DNA of 56,782 nucleotides, from positions 1 to 56,782 of the forward strand of contig CAIUWO010000534.1 in assembly GCA_903902895.1 (NCBI GenBank), written 5' to 3'. Below the pieces are notes generated by a model, which worked only from the letters and a program-made list of their open reading frames with translations, searched no databases and was not told the origin of the DNA. A program made the position numbers and the translations under genes. How positions within the stretch are numbered: position 1 is the stretch's first letter; every line of letters begins with the position of its first letter. This DNA comes from Candidatus Hydrogenedentota bacterium. Lineage in GTDB: Bacteria; Hydrogenedentota; Hydrogenedentia; Hydrogenedentales; CAITNO01. This document shows positions 55,166-56,782 of the stretch, piece by piece.

Positions 55166-56782
55166 ATGCGCTCTCATCTGGTCTTCTGCTGGTTACTTTC
55201 CCTCCAAATATTGCTGGGCTTTCATGCGAAAGCCGCGGATATCGTCTGGACCAAGACCACGGGACAGTATCCGGTGGAGTGCGCGCCCGTCATTGCAAAG
55301 ACGGGCAATCATTCCGCGGCAGTAGCTGTGAACCGCGGCGGCGAGGTCATGGTGTGGGGGCTGGACGGAGCGGATATCTTCGGAGGAACTGACGGCAAGG
55401 TCGCGCAACTGCCAAAGGGCGTCTGGTCCTCCAGCCCAGCAGTAATCCCCGCCGCGCAGGGCGGCGGCATCGTTGTGTGCAACGTCAAGGGCTTGGTGGT
55501 GGCGCTGGACGCGGCTTTTCAGCCGCGCTGGGAGTACCAACTCCCGGGTGAGACCTCGTTTAGTTGCGCCGCGCCGGCCGTGATGTCTGTGCCAGGAAAA
55601 CAAGAGCTGGGGTTCGTCCTGAGCGACCAATCAGGTACGGTGACCTGCCTCGACATGGCAGGCAAGGTGGTGTGGCAGACACCGCTCGGAACGGGCGAGT
55701 GCGATGCGCTTGTGGCTGTGTTGGAAGAGGAGGCGGCAACGGGACTGCTGGCATCCGCGGGAACACAGCTTCACAGACTCGACAGTGCGGGCAAGACTCT
55801 ATGGTCCCACGATCTCAAGGCCAATGTCAGTTCTCAAGCCCAAGTTCTGTGGATTGGCGACAGACCGACAATCTTCTGCGGGACTGTTGCCGGGGACTTG
55901 CATGCCCTGTCCATGGACGGCAACCCCGTGTGGACCGCCTCCGTAGGGGACGAGGTGGGCAACACAATTACCATGTTGGAGAGGCCGGATGACCCATTGA
56001 TACTCTGCACGGGGCTTTGGGGTAATCTGTATGCGCTGGATCGGAATGGGCGGCGGGTATGGACGCATATGTTTCGTTCAAAGAATCGCGGCACCCCCGC
56101 CATTGACTTTCAGGGCGATGGAAATCAGAAGATAGTGCTGACGACCTACAGCCAGCACGTTTATATGGTGGACCAGAAAGGAAATCTTGTCGATGATGCC
56201 CGGCTCAGCGGTTGTATCAACGGTTCTCCCTTATTGCTGGACGATTTTGGTGATCCCTTCCCGGAAGTGCTGACTGTGGACGCGTCGCTGCTCGCTCACC
56301 GTGTGCGTGTCGGAGCCCCCAAGTCCGTCTATGGTCCGGCTCCGGCACCGGAAGGTATTGAGCTGATCTGGCCCGCGTCGAATGCGCCGGGCGAAGAGGC
56401 AGCGGTGACCGTGCTCAATCCCAAAGGCGGGTTGTTATGCGCGAATCTGCGCGGCGCCGGCGCAGAGGGGGAGATCAGAATACAAGGAATGGTAGCGTCG
56501 AGGTCCGCATTTGAGATATCCATGCCCGGTGGCGAATTGAAGGTGAGAGAGACCTGGCAGTGCGTGGTGCGTGACACCACTGGCAACGTTGTTGCGGAGG
56601 GTTCATGGACGGTTCCCGCGCCCGATTCCGTGCCTGAAGCGCCCGCCGCAGCGCTTCGCGCCTGGGCGACCCCGGCCTATGGGTTGTTCGACGCGCAACG
56701 GCTGACCCCATGCAGCCGCGAGGGCGGTGAGGTGCGCCTGTCGGCCGTCTATCAGGACGAGGTGGAGCAGGGAGCGTTTATA
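55166..56782 (+). CDS. Secreted beta-propeller repeat protein (PQQ-like / FG-GAP-like repeats); the 3' end lies outside the window. Not in the supplied ORF track.
   Basis: I translated this frame by hand from ATG 55166 to nt 56782: 539 codons with no stop. Signal peptide MRSHLVFCWLLSLQILLGFHAKA. Repeats of the G(K/N/R)xxW type (AGKVVWQTPLG, AGKTLWSHDL, DGNPVWTASVG, NGRRVWTHMF) and FG-GAP-like IDFQGDGNQKIVLT and LLLDDFGDPFPEVLTVD. Confidence 0.75.
   Translation, partial: MRSHLVFCWLLSLQILLGFHAKAADIVWTKTTGQYPVECAPVIAKTGNHSAAVAVNRGGEVMVWGLDGADIFGGTDGKVAQLPKGVWSSSPAVIPAAQGGGIVVCNVKGLVVALDAAFQPRWEYQLPGETSFSCAAPAVMSVPGKQELGFVLSDQSGTVTCLDMAGKVVWQTPLGTGECDALVAVLEEEAATGLLASAGTQLHRLDSAGKTLWSHDLKANVSSQAQVLWIGDRPTIFCGTVAGDLHALSMDGNPVWTASVGDEVGNTITMLERPDDPLILCTGLWGNLYALDRNGRRVWTHMFRSKNRGTPAIDFQGDGNQKIVLTTYSQHVYMVDQKGNLVDDARLSGCINGSPLLLDDFGDPFPEVLTVDASLLAHRVRVGAPKSVYGPAPAPEGIELIWPASNAPGEEAAVTVLNPKGGLLCANLRGAGAEGEIRIQGMVASRSAFEISMPGGELKVRETWQCVVRDTTGNVVAEGSWTVPAPDSVPEAPAAALRAWATPAYGLFDAQRLTPCSREGGEVRLSAVYQDEVEQGAFI

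Noticed and set aside
53974-55167. 397-aa minus-strand ORF overlapping the tryptophanase-family gene and its terminator.
   Set aside because: It is antisense to a gene with full-length collinearity to TnaA. It spans a strong terminator hairpin, and its composition is shadow-like.

Overview
GC-rich bacterial chromosomal window. The gene content looks like a PVC-type or related candidate-phylum glycan degrader: a DUF1559 pseudopilin with the H-X9-DG tail, Tat-signal Gfo/Idh/MocA oxidoreductases, and many glycoside hydrolase families. I support 38 protein-coding genes. They include scattered purine genes (a stand-alone IMP cyclohydrolase domain, purD, purC, purF), envelope and housekeeping genes (wecB, corA, an HU-family DNA-binding protein, an RNB ribonuclease, a MATE exporter), and a 1380-aa hybrid histidine kinase with a PocR block. 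There is also a REC plus degenerate-GGDEF regulator and several carbohydrate-active enzymes (GH172, a beta-propeller hydrolase-like protein, a beta-helix protein with a CBM6-like insert, GH4, GH31, GH78). A run of four different phosphoesterase superfamilies and a tryptophanase-family lyase are also present. I recognised no rRNA, tRNA, CRISPR array, transposase or prophage. The most unusual items: (1) a ~1460-aa secreted protein combining three tandem beta-helix modules, three PASTA domains, an EF-hand pair and a Cys-rich membrane tail; (2) a similar Cys / TM helix / basic C-terminal tail on one of two translationally coupled Lys-C-like serine endopeptidases, suggesting an unnamed C-terminal sorting signal whose processing enzyme is not in the window; (3) a 705-bp non-coding region packed with REP-like palindromes and a 63-nt tandem repeat; (4) a Gfo/Idh/MocA plus xylose-isomerase-like TIM-barrel pair compatible with oxidative, non-hydrolytic glycoside cleavage; (5) a 539-codon ORF at 55166-56782 that is absent from the supplied ORF track because it runs off the window. 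All family calls come from by-eye motif recognition with no database search. Many long ORFs in the track are antisense or alternative-frame shadows of real genes and were discarded.
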